A stretch of DNA of 64,000 nt from assembly GCA_045589195.1 (NCBI GenBank), contig JAZNFY010000003.1, positions 13,254-77,253 of the forward strand, in the 5' to 3' direction. Below are positions 39,153-49,376 of the stretch, piece by piece; the stretch's first letter is position 1; each line of letters begins with the position of its first letter. A program made the position numbers and the translations under genes. The DNA is from Faecousia sp. (lineage in GTDB: Bacteria > Bacillota > Clostridia > Oscillospirales > Oscillospiraceae). Under the pieces are notes generated by a model, which made no database searches, had not been told where the DNA came from, and was given only the letters and a program-made list of their open reading frames with translations.

Positions 39153-40607
39153 TTATTGATGCTTCCATGTGCTTCTGGAAAACAGGATCAGCATGGGGAA
39201 TATTTCCAATCTGCCAGCCAGCATACAGAAAGACAGCAGCAGCTTGGAGAAAACACTGTAAGCGCCGTAATTGCAGGTGGGGCCTACCGCAGCCATGCCG
39301 GGGCCGATGTTATTTAAGCAGGCCAAGGTGGCGGAAAAATTGGTTTCAAAGGAGAAGTTATCCAGAGAAATCAAGAGAACCACCGCAACCAAAAGGAAAA
39401 CGTAGGCAGCCAGGTAGGCGTTGGTATTGTCCAGCACCTGCTCGGATACCACATGATCGTTGTTGCGGATTACCTGTACCTTTCGGGGGTTAAGAACCTT
39501 CCGGATGTTCCGGCGCAGGCTTTTCAGCAATAATATGACCCGGATCATTTTCAGACCGCCGCCGGTGGAGCCGGCGCAGGCGCCGCATACCATCAGAAGC
39601 AGCAAAATTCCTTTGGAGAAAGCGGGCCACAGATCAAAGTCCGTGGTGGCATAGCCGGTGGTGGTGACGATGCTGCTGACCTGAAAAGCGGCGTGGCGGA
39701 CGGTTTCTTCCAGAGTACCATAGACACCGCGGAGGTTTAAAATGATCAAAAGGATGCTTGCGGCCACAAGCCCCAGGTAAAGCCGCAGCTCTTCGTCCTT
39801 GAATACGCCCCGGAACTGGCGCATGAGCAGCAGATAGTAGCAGCCGAAGTTCACGCCGAACAGGAGCATAAATACCGTGGTGACGTTTTGCAGGTATGGA
39901 GAATAACTGGCCATGGAATCGTTTTTAACGCCAAAGCCGCCGGTTCCGGCGGTGCCCATGGCGGTGCAAAGAGCATCGAACAGGGGCATTTTGCCAAGAA
40001 CCAGAAAAATGATATTCAGTATGGTCAGGACAATATAGATCCAGTAAAGGATCATGGCGGTGGAGCGCATTTTAGGAACCAATTTACCCACATTGGGGCC
40101 GGGACTTTCTGCCCGGAGCAGGTGCATGGTAAAGCCTTTGCCGTCCCGATCCTGGGGGGCGATGGCCAGTAAGAATACCAGAACACCCATGCCGCCCAGC
40201 CAATGGCTGAAACTGCGCCAGTAGAGAATACCGTGGGAGAGTCCTTCCACATTTGCCACTACCGAAGCGCCGGTGGTGGTAAAGCCGGAAACGATCTCAA
40301 AAAAAGCATCGATGAATTGGGGAATTTCTTTGGAGAAGTAAAAGGGCAGGCAGCCAACCAAGCTGATTGCAACCCAGCTGATACCGATACTGGCAAGACC
40401 GTCCTTTGCGCCGATGGCCGTGGGTGCGCTTTTGCATATTAGGTACAAAATGCCTGCAATGGCTATGGCAATGACGATGGTTTGCAAAAAGGCAAAAAGG
40501 GCGGTGTTTTCCTGATAGTACAGGCATATTGCCATAGCCGGGAGCATGAACAGTGTTTCAACAAAAAGCATTTGGGCAACCAGTTTGCCCATCATTTTAT
40601 AGTTCAT
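39153..40607 (-). CDS. trkH: Trk potassium uptake membrane subunit
   Basis: SGFTTTG, WLGGMG, TGGF, TTTGY, AGSTGGG, NNIGPG, GRLE. Confidence 0.96.
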   Translation of the reverse strand: MNYKMMGKLVAQMLFVETLFMLPAMAICLYYQENTALFAFLQTIVIAIAIAGILYLICKSAPTAIGAKDGLASIGISWVAISLVGCLPFYFSKEIPQFIDAFFEIVSGFTTTGASVVANVEGLSHGILYWRSFSHWLGGMGVLVFLLAIAPQDRDGKGFTMHLLRAESPGPNVGKLVPKMRSTAMILYWIYIVLTILNIIFLVLGKMPLFDALCTAMGTAGTGGFGVKNDSMASYSPYLQNVTTVFMLLFGVNFGCYYLLLMRQFRGVFKDEELRLYLGLVAASILLIILNLRGVYGTLEETVRHAAFQVSSIVTTTGYATTDFDLWPAFSKGILLLLMVCGACAGSTGGGLKMIRVILLLKSLRRNIRKVLNPRKVQVIRNNDHVVSEQVLDNTNAYLAAYVFLLVAVVLLISLDNFSFETNFSATLACLNNIGPGMAAVGPTCNYGAYSVFSKLLLSFCMLAGRLEIFPMLILFSRSTWKHQ

Positions 40608-40618
40608 AGCGCCCCCCG

Positions 40619-41977
40619 TTATGCGAAGATATCGTTCAGCTGATGCAAAACACCTCTGCCACTGGTAACAACGATTACGGAATCTCCGGCGGAGAAGGTG
40701 GATTCGCCGTTGGGGACCTCGGTGTACGGACCGTGGGTAATGCCGGCAATCAGTACGTTTTGGCGGAGCTTTAAAGATTTCAGGGGTGTTCCGGCGTGCC
40801 GGGTATTTTCGTCCACGATAAATTCTACCGCCTCTGCCTGGCCGTCTGCAATGGTATGCACGGACAGGGCAGCACCGGTCTGGCTCTGCATGGCTCGGAC
40901 GTAGCGAATGATCCGGTTACAGGAAAGCTCCTTGGGGCAGATAATACTGCCCAGAGGCAGGTCGTTGAGAATGCTGCTGTTTTCCGAATATCCTAATTTT
41001 GTGATGATTTGGGGCACGTTTTGGGTGGTGCCGTACAGGGAGATGATCATGTTCAGTTCGTCCAGGCCGGTCAGGGTGATCAGCGCATCGCAGGAGGACA
41101 GGCCTTCGCTTTCCAGAAGGGACTGGACGGTGGCGTCGCCGTGGACGATACCGGTGTCCGGCAGCAGCGCAGCCAGTTCTACGCAGCGGTCGTAATTGCT
41201 TTCGATCAGCTGGGCGGAAATGTTGTCCTTTTGCAGCAGTGTAGCCAGGTAATAGCTGATGCGGCCGCCGCCGCAGAGAATGACCCGGCGAGCCTTCCGG
41301 GTGATAACTCCCAGGTTTTTCAGCATGATGGTCAAGTTTTCTGTGGGAGCGGTGACGAAGATCCGGTCACCTTCCCGGAGAACGAAATCGCCCTTGGGCG
41401 CAGAAGCGGTGCCGTTACGCAGTACGGCGCAGACCAGAACTTTGCATTTTATAATGTCCGGCAATTCTGCCAGGGACATGTTGCACAGTTTGCTGGAACC
41501 GTCGACCCGCAGTTCCACGATCTCTGCATTGCCTTTTGCAAAGGTGTCCCGGTGGAGGAAACCGGGGTATTTGAGCAGACGGTGGATTTCTGTGGCTGCC
41601 TGTTTTTCCGGGTTGATGATCATGGACAGGGCAAACACATCGCGCATGGCGTACACCTGGTCGGCGTATTCCGGGTTGCGGATTCGGGCTATGGTATGCA
41701 ATTGGGGGTTGATGCTGTGGGCGATGGTGCAGCAAAGCAGATTTACCTCGTCTTGCCCTGCCACTGCAATCAGAAGATCTGCATCCTTTACGCCTGCTTG
41801 CAGCAGCACGTCCATTGAGGCGCAGTTGCCGTGAACTGCCATAACATCAAAGTTTTCCACACAGGCGCTAAGTACCTGCTGGTCGGAATCGATCAGCGTG
41901 ATATCGTGATTTTCCACGGAAAGCTGCCGGGCAAGGGTCAGTCCTACCTTGCCGTTGCCTGCAATAATAATATTCAT
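40619..41977 (-). CDS. trkA: Trk potassium uptake NAD-binding subunit
   Basis: IIIAGNGKVG and second RCK unit VILCGGGRI; start at ATG 41977 after GGGAGG. Confidence 0.95.
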   Translation of the reverse strand: MNIIIAGNGKVGLTLARQLSVENHDITLIDSDQQVLSACVENFDVMAVHGNCASMDVLLQAGVKDADLLIAVAGQDEVNLLCCTIAHSINPQLHTIARIRNPEYADQVYAMRDVFALSMIINPEKQAATEIHRLLKYPGFLHRDTFAKGNAEIVELRVDGSSKLCNMSLAELPDIIKCKVLVCAVLRNGTASAPKGDFVLREGDRIFVTAPTENLTIMLKNLGVITRKARRVILCGGGRISYYLATLLQKDNISAQLIESNYDRCVELAALLPDTGIVHGDATVQSLLESEGLSSCDALITLTGLDELNMIISLYGTTQNVPQIITKLGYSENSSILNDLPLGSIICPKELSCNRIIRYVRAMQSQTGAALSVHTIADGQAEAVEFIVDENTRHAGTPLKSLKLRQNVLIAGITHGPYTEVPNGESTFSAGDSVIVVTSGRGVLHQLNDIFA

Positions 41978-42290
41978 AGGAAACCTCCCATTGGTGAAAA
42001 CTGTATCCAGTATAGCATTTCTGTTAAAAAAATACAATAGTTATCCTTTTTACGGCTTAGGGATGTGCTTTGTATGAAAAATGGTTAACAAACAGACACT
42101 AAGCCAAATTGCGCAATCGGGAACGGAAAATATTTGGCTTGCGCAAGGGAAATGTTTGTGGGATTTTACAATTTTTTCAGAAAATCAGAAAAATACACAA
42201 AAAAACATTGAAAATCCGCTGAAAGTGCGATATAACATTGGTGTTGTTTTATTTGAGCCGGGCATTTTGCCCGGGAAAAGAGGTCACAGT

Positions 42291-43478
42291 ATGGAAAGAA
42301 AAGTTGGTACCACTTCAAGAGGCATTCGCTGCCCCATCATCCGGGAGGGTGATGACCTGGCGAAGATCGTGGTGGACAGCGTTGTGGAAGCTGCCGAGAG
42401 TGAAGGCTTCTGCCTGAACGATCGGGATGTGGTTGCGGTCACCGAGTCTGTGGTAGCCCGGGCACAGGGTAACTATGCAGGTATTGATGCCATTGCCAAG
42501 GATGTGCGCAAGAAATTGGGCGGAGAAACCATCGGCGTGATTTTCCCCATTTTGTCCCGCAACCGGTTTGCAATTTGTCTGCGGGGCATTGCCAAGGGCG
42601 CCAAGAAAGTGGTTTTGATGCTCAGCTATCCTTCCGACGAGGTGGGTAATGAGCTGGTTTCCTTGGATCAGTTGGATGAAGCCGGGGTTAATCCCTATTC
42701 CGACCTGCTCACAGAGCAGAAGTATCGGGAGCTGTTCGGTGAGAATCTGCACCCCTTTACCAAGGTGGATTACGTGAAGTATTACGGCGATCTGATTCGG
42801 GAAAGCGGCGCAGAGGCGGAGATCATCTTTGCCAATAACCCCAGAGCGATTTTGCAGTACACCAAAAATGTTTTGACCTGCGATATCCACACTCGGGCGC
42901 GCACCAAGCGGATTCTGAAAGCTGCCGGCGCGGAAGTGGTTTGCGGCATGGACGATATTTTGAACGAGAGCGTGGACGGCAGCGGCTACAACGAAAAGTT
43001 CGGTCTGCTGGGCTCTAATAAGTCCACCGAAGATAAAATCAAGCTCTTCCCCAAGGAGTGCACCGATCTGGTTCTGGATATTCAGAAGGCGTTACTTGAA
43101 AGAACCGGAAAGCACATAGAAGTCATGGTCTACGGTGACGGCGCATTCAAAGATCCGGTGGGCAAAATTTGGGAGTTGGCAGACCCCAGCGTTTCCGTGG
43201 CTAATACTCCCGGTCTGGAAGGCACGCCCAATGAGTTGAAGCTGAAATATCTGGCGGATAACGATTTTGCGGATCTGAGCGGCGAGGCTTTGAAGCAGGC
43301 AATCGAACAGCGGATTCGGGAAAAAGGAAATCTGGAAGGAGATATGGCATCCCAGGGTACGACGCCCCGGCGCTTGACCGACTTGATTGGCTCTTTGTGT
43401 GATCTGACCTCCGGCTCCGGCGATAAGGGCACGCCTATTATCCTGGTGCAGGGTTATTTCGATAACTATACCATGTAA
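42291..43478 (+). CDS. CofE-like (F420:gamma-glutamyl ligase family) protein
   Basis: GIRCPIIREGDDL, DVVAVTESVVARAQG, DLIGSLCDLTSGSGDKGTP. Confidence 0.8.
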   Translation: MERKVGTTSRGIRCPIIREGDDLAKIVVDSVVEAAESEGFCLNDRDVVAVTESVVARAQGNYAGIDAIAKDVRKKLGGETIGVIFPILSRNRFAICLRGIAKGAKKVVLMLSYPSDEVGNELVSLDQLDEAGVNPYSDLLTEQKYRELFGENLHPFTKVDYVKYYGDLIRESGAEAEIIFANNPRAILQYTKNVLTCDIHTRARTKRILKAAGAEVVCGMDDILNESVDGSGYNEKFGLLGSNKSTEDKIKLFPKECTDLVLDIQKALLERTGKHIEVMVYGDGAFKDPVGKIWELADPSVSVANTPGLEGTPNELKLKYLADNDFADLSGEALKQAIEQRIREKGNLEGDMASQGTTPRRLTDLIGSLCDLTSGSGDKGTPIILVQGYFDNYTM

Positions 43479-43481
43479 ACA

Positions 43482-43511
43482 GAAAGCCACCGGCGATTGC
43501 CGGTGGCTTTT
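43482..43511. terminator. Bidirectional terminator
   Basis: GAAAGCCACCGGC-GATT-GCCGGTGGCTTTT. Confidence 0.85.
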
Positions 43512-43513
43512 CA

Positions 43514-44521
43514 TTATTCGCCGAAGTGGATTGCGGCGGTTTTCATCATTTCCCGAATGGGTAGCTGGTAGGGGCAGCGGGTCTCGCAGACGCCGCAGCC
43601 GATGCAGGCAGAGGCCTTTTTGCTCAAGGTGGCGTACCGTTCCCGGGCCCAGGTTTCCAAACCGTAGCGGGAAATGTAGCCGTCGAAGAGAAACACACTG
43701 GGGATGCTGATGCCTGCGGCGCAGGGAGCGCAGTAGTTGCACCGGCGGCAGAAATGGGTGCCCAGAGTCTTTCGAATCTGATCCATGGCAGCAAGCTCCT
43801 TCTGAGAAAGGGGAGCGCTGTCGCAGCAGGCGGCAAGGTTTTGGTCGATCTCCGCAAGATCGGCCATGCCGGGAATAACCACGGTCACATCCGGATTGGT
43901 GCTGATGTAGCGAAGAGCCAGAGTGGCGTCTTCAATGGCGCCGCCGGCCAGGGGTTTCATGCAGATAAAGCCAATGTTTTCTTCCGTGCACCGGCGCATC
44001 AGCTTTTTACCCTGGTTTTCCACGATGTTATAGGGGAACATAATTGTTTCCACCCAAGGCAGGGACAGAGCGGTTTCAAATACCTCCCGGGAGTGGGCGG
44101 TGATACCGATGTGCCGGATCTTTCCGGCGCTTTTTGCTTCCAGCAGTGCTTCCAGTGCGCCGCCGGGGGCAATGACCTGCTCTAACTGAGCCGGGGAGGG
44201 ATTGTGCACCTGGTACAGGTCGATATAGTCGGTGCGAAGATTGGAAAGGCTGATGTCGATATCTTTTGCCATGGCTTCTTTTGTCCGGGCCATGCTCTTG
44301 GTGGCAAGGATAAACTTGTCCCGGACACCTTCCAGAGCCTCGCCTAAAAAGGTCTCGCTGACGGTGTAGGCCCGGGCGGTGTCAATGTAGTTTACGCCGG
44401 CATCCATAAGACGCAGTATCAGTTTTTTCGTGCCTATGGCATCGATTTTTTGAATGGGGATACCGCCAAAGCCCATACGGGAGATGCGAAGGCCGGTCTT
44501 TCCCAGGAGTCTGTATTCCAT
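43514..44521 (-). CDS. Aldo/keto reductase with C-terminal Fe-S domain
   Basis: LGKTGL, IDTARAY, LATKS, IDLYQVH, MKPLAGG; CRRCNYC and CIGCGVCETRCP. Confidence 0.92.
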   Translation of the reverse strand: MEYRLLGKTGLRISRMGFGGIPIQKIDAIGTKKLILRLMDAGVNYIDTARAYTVSETFLGEALEGVRDKFILATKSMARTKEAMAKDIDISLSNLRTDYIDLYQVHNPSPAQLEQVIAPGGALEALLEAKSAGKIRHIGITAHSREVFETALSLPWVETIMFPYNIVENQGKKLMRRCTEENIGFICMKPLAGGAIEDATLALRYISTNPDVTVVIPGMADLAEIDQNLAACCDSAPLSQKELAAMDQIRKTLGTHFCRRCNYCAPCAAGISIPSVFLFDGYISRYGLETWARERYATLSKKASACIGCGVCETRCPYQLPIREMMKTAAIHFGE

Positions 44522-44524
44522 CGT

Positions 44525-45313
44525 TTACCTCTTTCCCAATTCTTGATTTCTTTTATATGCTGCGGCGATGCATTTTTCCACAGTTTTGGAAAAATCGCTC
44601 TCTTTCAAAACGCCCATGCCTGCCAGGGTGCTGCCCCCGGGGGAGCATACTGCATGGATCAGCGCCTGAGGATCTTCACCGGTGGCGGTGAGCATTTCTG
44701 CCGCGCCGGCAACGGTGGCGGCGGCATAGGCAAGGGCTTTGTCTGCGGGAACGCCGCAGGCGGCAGCGCCTTTTGCCAGCGCGTCCATAAAATAGTACAC
44801 GTACGCAGGTCCGCAGCCGGATAAAGAGCAGGCGGCGTCGATTAAATGTTCGTCCAGAGCGTCAAGGCAGCCGGAAAAGCGCAGGTCGGAAAGAAAATCC
44901 GCCAAAATATCGTCACTGACCAGACGGTTACGGCAGTAAAGGGTCATGCCTTTGCCAACGGCTACCGGAGTGTTGGGCATAATGCGGATCACAGGCAGGT
45001 CACAGCCTGCCAATTCTTCGATGGTAGCGGTGGTGAGACCCGCGGCCATGGTGATCAAAAGGGGCTTTTTCTCCCGCAGGGCACCCTGTAAAGGCTCCAG
45101 AACTTCTTGCATCATCTGGGGCTTTACGCCTAAGAACAGGCGGTCACAGTTTTTTACAAGAGACTGCGTATCTCCGTAAGAAACGCCCAGCTCCTCTGCC
45201 AGAATGGCTGCTTTGCCGGAACGGTCCGTGACCATAAAGTCCCGGGTGGCACAGCTTAGCGCCCGGGCGATGGCACCGCCCATATTGCCGCAGCCAATAA
45301 ATCCGTATTTCAA
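44525..45313 (-). CDS. proC: Pyrroline-5-carboxylate reductase
   Basis: GFIGCGNMG, VKPQ, RIMPNTP, SGCGPAY, VCSPGGST. Confidence 0.96.
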   Translation of the reverse strand: MKYGFIGCGNMGGAIARALSCATRDFMVTDRSGKAAILAEELGVSYGDTQSLVKNCDRLFLGVKPQMMQEVLEPLQGALREKKPLLITMAAGLTTATIEELAGCDLPVIRIMPNTPVAVGKGMTLYCRNRLVSDDILADFLSDLRFSGCLDALDEHLIDAACSLSGCGPAYVYYFMDALAKGAAACGVPADKALAYAAATVAGAAEMLTATGEDPQALIHAVCSPGGSTLAGMGVLKESDFSKTVEKCIAAAYKRNQELGKR

Positions 45314-45580
45314 AATGGGTCACCTCACATGTCCGGCAGGGAACGCCGGAGAGATTGAAAGCATAGACTGGAATATATTTTAAGTATAATTCCCCCGGCG
45401 CAGATTGTCAATCGGTGGTTCGCTTTGTTCAATTAAACGAATTATTTCAAAAAAACCGGGAGAATAAAGTGATTTGTGACGAAATGCGGTTTTTGCTATT
45501 GTTTTTTAGAATAGAAAGTGCTACTATACATAGAAAAAAGACAATCGTCTATAAAGGAAACACAGGTCAGGAGGAAAAAC

Positions 45581-46663
45581 ATGGAACGGGTATTTAATTT
45601 CTCGGCAGGTCCGGCGGTTCTGCCGGAGGAAGTGCTCCGCCAGGCAGCGGCGGAAATGATGGATTATCAGGGCAGTGGCATGTCCGTTATGGAGATGAGC
45701 CATCGATCTTCTGTGTATCAAAATATTCTCAATACCGCGGAGCAGGATCTGCAGGATTTGATGAACATTCCGGAAAACTACAAGGTTCTGTTTTTGCAGG
45801 GCGGCGCAAGCCAGCAGTTTGCCATGATTCCCATGAACCTGATGAAGAATAAGGTTGCGGATTATATTATTACCGGTCAGTGGGCAAAGAAGGCATGGCA
45901 GGAGGCAAAGCTTTACGGTCAGGCCAATGCAATCGCATCCTCGGCGGATAAGACCTTCTCTTACATTCCCGATTGCAGCGATTTGCCCATCAGTGAAAAT
46001 GCGGATTATGTGTATATCTGCGAGAATAATACCATTTACGGTACGAAATTCAAAACCTTGCCCAACACTAAGGGCAAGCCCCTGGTTTCGGACGTTTCTT
46101 CCTGCTTCCTTTCTGAGCCGGTGGACGTGACCAAGTACGGCATGATCTACGGCGGCGTGCAGAAGAATATCGGCCCTGCGGGTGTGGTGATTGCCATCAT
46201 TCGGGAAGATCTGATCACGGAGGATGTGCTTCCCGGCACACCAACTATGCTTCGCTATAAGATCCATGCGGACAATGGCTCTCTTTATAATACACCCCCG
46301 GCTTATGGCATCTATGTGTGCGGCCTGGTGTTTCAGTGGTTGAAGAAGATGGGCGGTCTGGAAGCGATGAAAGCACACAATGAGAAGAAAGCGGCCATTC
46401 TTTATGATTTCCTGGATAACAGTAAGCTCTTCCATGGTACGGTGGAAGCAAAGGACCGCTCGCTGATGAACGTGCCCTTTATCACCGGTGACGAAGCCAA
46501 AGATGCGGCTTTCGTGAAGGAAGCCACCGCAGCCGGTTTTGTAAATTTGAAGGGTCACCGCAGTGTGGGTGGCATGCGGGCCAGCATTTATAACGCCATG
46601 CCTTTGGAGGGCGTGGAAAAGCTGGTAGCGTTTATGGCGGATTTCGAGCGCCGCAACGGCTAA
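45581..46663 (+). CDS. serC: Phosphoserine aminotransferase
   Basis: FNFSAGPA, EMSHRS, QKNIGP, NTPP, GHRSVGGMRASIYNA. Confidence 0.97.
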   Translation: MERVFNFSAGPAVLPEEVLRQAAAEMMDYQGSGMSVMEMSHRSSVYQNILNTAEQDLQDLMNIPENYKVLFLQGGASQQFAMIPMNLMKNKVADYIITGQWAKKAWQEAKLYGQANAIASSADKTFSYIPDCSDLPISENADYVYICENNTIYGTKFKTLPNTKGKPLVSDVSSCFLSEPVDVTKYGMIYGGVQKNIGPAGVVIAIIREDLITEDVLPGTPTMLRYKIHADNGSLYNTPPAYGIYVCGLVFQWLKKMGGLEAMKAHNEKKAAILYDFLDNSKLFHGTVEAKDRSLMNVPFITGDEAKDAAFVKEATAAGFVNLKGHRSVGGMRASIYNAMPLEGVEKLVAFMADFERRNG

Positions 46664-46675
46664 GGAGGAAAAATC

Positions 46676-47839
46676 ATGTTTCGCGTACATTTTTTGAATA
46701 AAATTTCTCAAAAGGGCATGGCGCTGTGGACGGACAATTATGAGACCACTCAGACCTTTGAGAATGCAGATGCGGTGCTGGTGCGCAGCGCAGCTATGCA
46801 TGAGCTGGATTTGCCGGAGAATTTGTTGGCAGTGGCAAGAGCCGGCGCAGGCGTCAATAACATTCCTCTGGATCGCTGCGCGGAAGCGGGCGTGGTGGTG
46901 TTCAACACCCCCGGCGCCAACGCCAACGGCGTGAAGGAAATGGCCATTTGCGGCATGCTTTTGGGCAGTCGCGATGTAGTTGGCGGTATTGAATGGGTCA
47001 AGTCTATTAAAGGTGAGGGCGATATTGCCAAAAAGGTGGAAAAGGGCAAGTCCCAGTTTGCCGGTAATGAGATCATGGACAAAAAGCTGGGCGTTATCGG
47101 CCTGGGTGCCATCGGTGGCCCCCTTGCCAATGCAGCCATTGCTCTGGGCATGAAGGTTTACGGCTATGACCCCTATATTTCCATTGATGCGGCGTGGCAT
47201 CTGGACAGCCATATCGTTCCGGTGAAGACCCTGGATGAAATCTATGAGGCCTGCGATATCATTACGGTGCACGTACCGCTGCTGGACAGCACCCGGAAAA
47301 TGATCAACAAGGATGCCATGGCAAAGATGAAAGACGGCGTGATCCTGCTGAATTTTGCCCGGGATGCGCTGGTGGACGACGACGATCTGGAAGCTGCGCT
47401 GAAATCCGGTAAGGTCAAGCGCTATATTACCGATTTCCCCAATGACCGCACCGCCAACATGGAAGGCGTGGTGGCAATCCCGCATTTGGGTGCATCCACA
47501 GAAGAATCCGAGGATAACTGCGCCAAGATGGCGGTAAAACAGGTGATCAATTATCTGGAAAACGGCAATATTGTCAATTCCGTTAATTTCCCCAACTGCG
47601 ATATGGGTGTTTGTAACAAGGCCGGCCGAGTGACGATTCTACACCGGAATATTCCCAATACATTGAGTCGGTTTACCGGTGCTATGGCTAAGGAAAATAT
47701 CAACATTTCCGACCTGGTGAACAGAAGCCGTGGGGAATATGCCTACACCATGCTGGATCTTGACCATCCTGCTCCGGATTCCGTAATTGAAGAATTGAAG
47801 GCCATGGAAGGCGTTCTGAGAGTTCGGAAGATCCGTTGA
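46676..47839 (+). CDS. serA: D-3-phosphoglycerate dehydrogenase with ACT domain
   Basis: ARAGAGVNNI, GLGAIG, NFAR, PHLGAST; follows serC. Confidence 0.94.
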   Translation: MFRVHFLNKISQKGMALWTDNYETTQTFENADAVLVRSAAMHELDLPENLLAVARAGAGVNNIPLDRCAEAGVVVFNTPGANANGVKEMAICGMLLGSRDVVGGIEWVKSIKGEGDIAKKVEKGKSQFAGNEIMDKKLGVIGLGAIGGPLANAAIALGMKVYGYDPYISIDAAWHLDSHIVPVKTLDEIYEACDIITVHVPLLDSTRKMINKDAMAKMKDGVILLNFARDALVDDDDLEAALKSGKVKRYITDFPNDRTANMEGVVAIPHLGASTEESEDNCAKMAVKQVINYLENGNIVNSVNFPNCDMGVCNKAGRVTILHRNIPNTLSRFTGAMAKENINISDLVNRSRGEYAYTMLDLDHPAPDSVIEELKAMEGVLRVRKIR

Positions 47840-47847
47840 TGAAACAT

Positions 47848-47878
47848 AAAAAACCGTCAGCATTGCTGACGGTTTTTT
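47848..47878. terminator. Bidirectional terminator serA / dat
   Basis: AAAAAACCGTCAGCA-T-TGCTGACGGTTTTTT. Confidence 0.85.
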
Positions 47879-47881
47879 GCA

Positions 47882-48727
47882 TTATAGCTTCACGCCGGTT
47901 TGGGCAAATACCTGGGCAAGGAAAAGCTCCTGAATCCGAAGAGCCAGTGCCCGGTCTTTACCGCCTACGGACTTTTCGTCCACAGAAAAGACAAAGATCA
48001 CATTTTTGGTGGTGCTGCAAAGCATGATTTCGTCTGCGTTCAGCAGTTCGTTTACCGTAAAGACCCGGTGTTCAACAGGAATCCCGTTTTCTTCGCAGAC
48101 CTTTTGCACCACGGCTCTGGTAATGCCTGGCAGGATCAGATTGTCCAGCGGCGGCATGATCACAGCTCCATCTTTTAGAATCAAAATGCTGCTGTGCGCA
48201 GCCTCAGTAACTCGATCGCCCCGATGCAGCAGCGCCTCTGTTGCGCCGCAGGAGACGGCCTTTTGAGAGGCAAAGACATTGGGCAGCAGGTTGGTGGTTT
48301 TGATGTTGCAGTACTGAAAACGCAGGTCCTCAAAGCTTACGAGGCTGGCTTTTGTATCCTTGCTTGCCATGTGAATGGGACTGACGTACATAATCAGGTT
48401 GGGCTGGGGCACTTTGGGATACTCGTGTTTTCTGGGCGCGGCTCCCCGGGTGACCTGGATATACAGCATGGATTCGTCCCCCTCAGAACAACCGATCAGC
48501 CGCCGGATTTCCGCTTCCAGAGCGCTGCGTTCCATGGTAAAGGGGATCTGGGTCAGCTGGCAGGAACGGTACAGTCGGTCCAGGTGCAGATCCAGGGTAA
48601 AGGGCTTTTTGTTCAGAACCAGAACGGCGTCGTATACCGCATCGCCAAAGAATACAGAGCGGTCGCAGAGTGGGATTTTCAGCTGCTCGATGTTGTCGAT
48701 CTCGCCGTTAAAATAACCGATGGTCAT
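47882..48727 (-). CDS. dat: PLP fold-IV aminotransferase, D-amino-acid aminotransferase-like
   Basis: DRSVFFGDAVY, VTRGAAPRKHEYP, CNIKTTNLL (catalytic Lys), ILPGITR. Confidence 0.75.
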   Translation of the reverse strand: MTIGYFNGEIDNIEQLKIPLCDRSVFFGDAVYDAVLVLNKKPFTLDLHLDRLYRSCQLTQIPFTMERSALEAEIRRLIGCSEGDESMLYIQVTRGAAPRKHEYPKVPQPNLIMYVSPIHMASKDTKASLVSFEDLRFQYCNIKTTNLLPNVFASQKAVSCGATEALLHRGDRVTEAAHSSILILKDGAVIMPPLDNLILPGITRAVVQKVCEENGIPVEHRVFTVNELLNADEIMLCSTTKNVIFVFSVDEKSVGGKDRALALRIQELFLAQVFAQTGVKL

Positions 48728-48742
48728 ATGGTTGCCTCTTTC

Positions 48743-49270
48743 TTATTTTTCTGTTACCAGTTGGGAAAGATCCTTGCGCTTTTTGGTTCGCAGGGTGTCG
48801 TCGGCGCTGGGGTAGCCTAAGGCGATGACCAGCCGTACCGGCGAGGAAAGTTCGCAGATATCCCGGATTTTCTGATCATCCAGCCAGCCGAGGATACAGG
48901 TGCCGAGCCCTTGGGCAGTTGCTTCGGCGGTCAAATATGCGGCGGCGATGCCGATGTCGATGGAGCGGTAATCGTTGTGCTTCAGCTTTGCGCCCACAGC
49001 GGCGGATTTGACGTAGGGTTCTTCGGAAATGACGATCATCACCGGCGCCTGGATGGCGAATTTGTTCATACCCATGCCCATGGTGGCTCTGGCCACTTCT
49101 TTGGCGGTTTCGCCGGTGCATACAGTCAGATGATAGGGCTGGCCGTTGCAGGCGGAGGGGGCAAGGCGGGCAGATTCCAATATGGCGTCCAGCTTTTCAC
49201 GCTCTACGACCCGGTCGGGGTTGTAGCTGCGGCAGGACTGGCGGTTTTTGGCAATGGTAGAAAAATCCAT
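48743..49270 (-). CDS. Nitroreductase family protein
   Basis: RQSCRSY, APSACNGQP, GLGTC, LGYP. Confidence 0.92.
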   Translation of the reverse strand: MDFSTIAKNRQSCRSYNPDRVVEREKLDAILESARLAPSACNGQPYHLTVCTGETAKEVARATMGMGMNKFAIQAPVMIVISEEPYVKSAAVGAKLKHNDYRSIDIGIAAAYLTAEATAQGLGTCILGWLDDQKIRDICELSSPVRLVIALGYPSADDTLRTKKRKDLSQLVTEK

Positions 49271-49376
49271 AACAATTCCTCCCGTTTTTCTTTATCATAC
49301 GGATTTTTGGGGTAAAAGTCAACAGGATTGCGTTGGCAGGAATTTGGGTGTATAATAGGCGCAGGAGCGTGAGAAT

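Noticed and set aside
41978-42290. Possible c-di-AMP riboswitch upstream of trkA
   Set aside because: AT-rich divergent promoter region with no recognisable ydaO-type conserved elements
45314-45580. Possible T-box or leader RNA for proC or serC
   Set aside because: No T-box consensus (GGTGGnACCGCG) or leader terminator; only promoter-like boxes
47882-48727. PabC or IlvE assignment
   Set aside because: The RxH loop (PRKHEYP) and CNIKTTNLL fit D-amino-acid aminotransferases better
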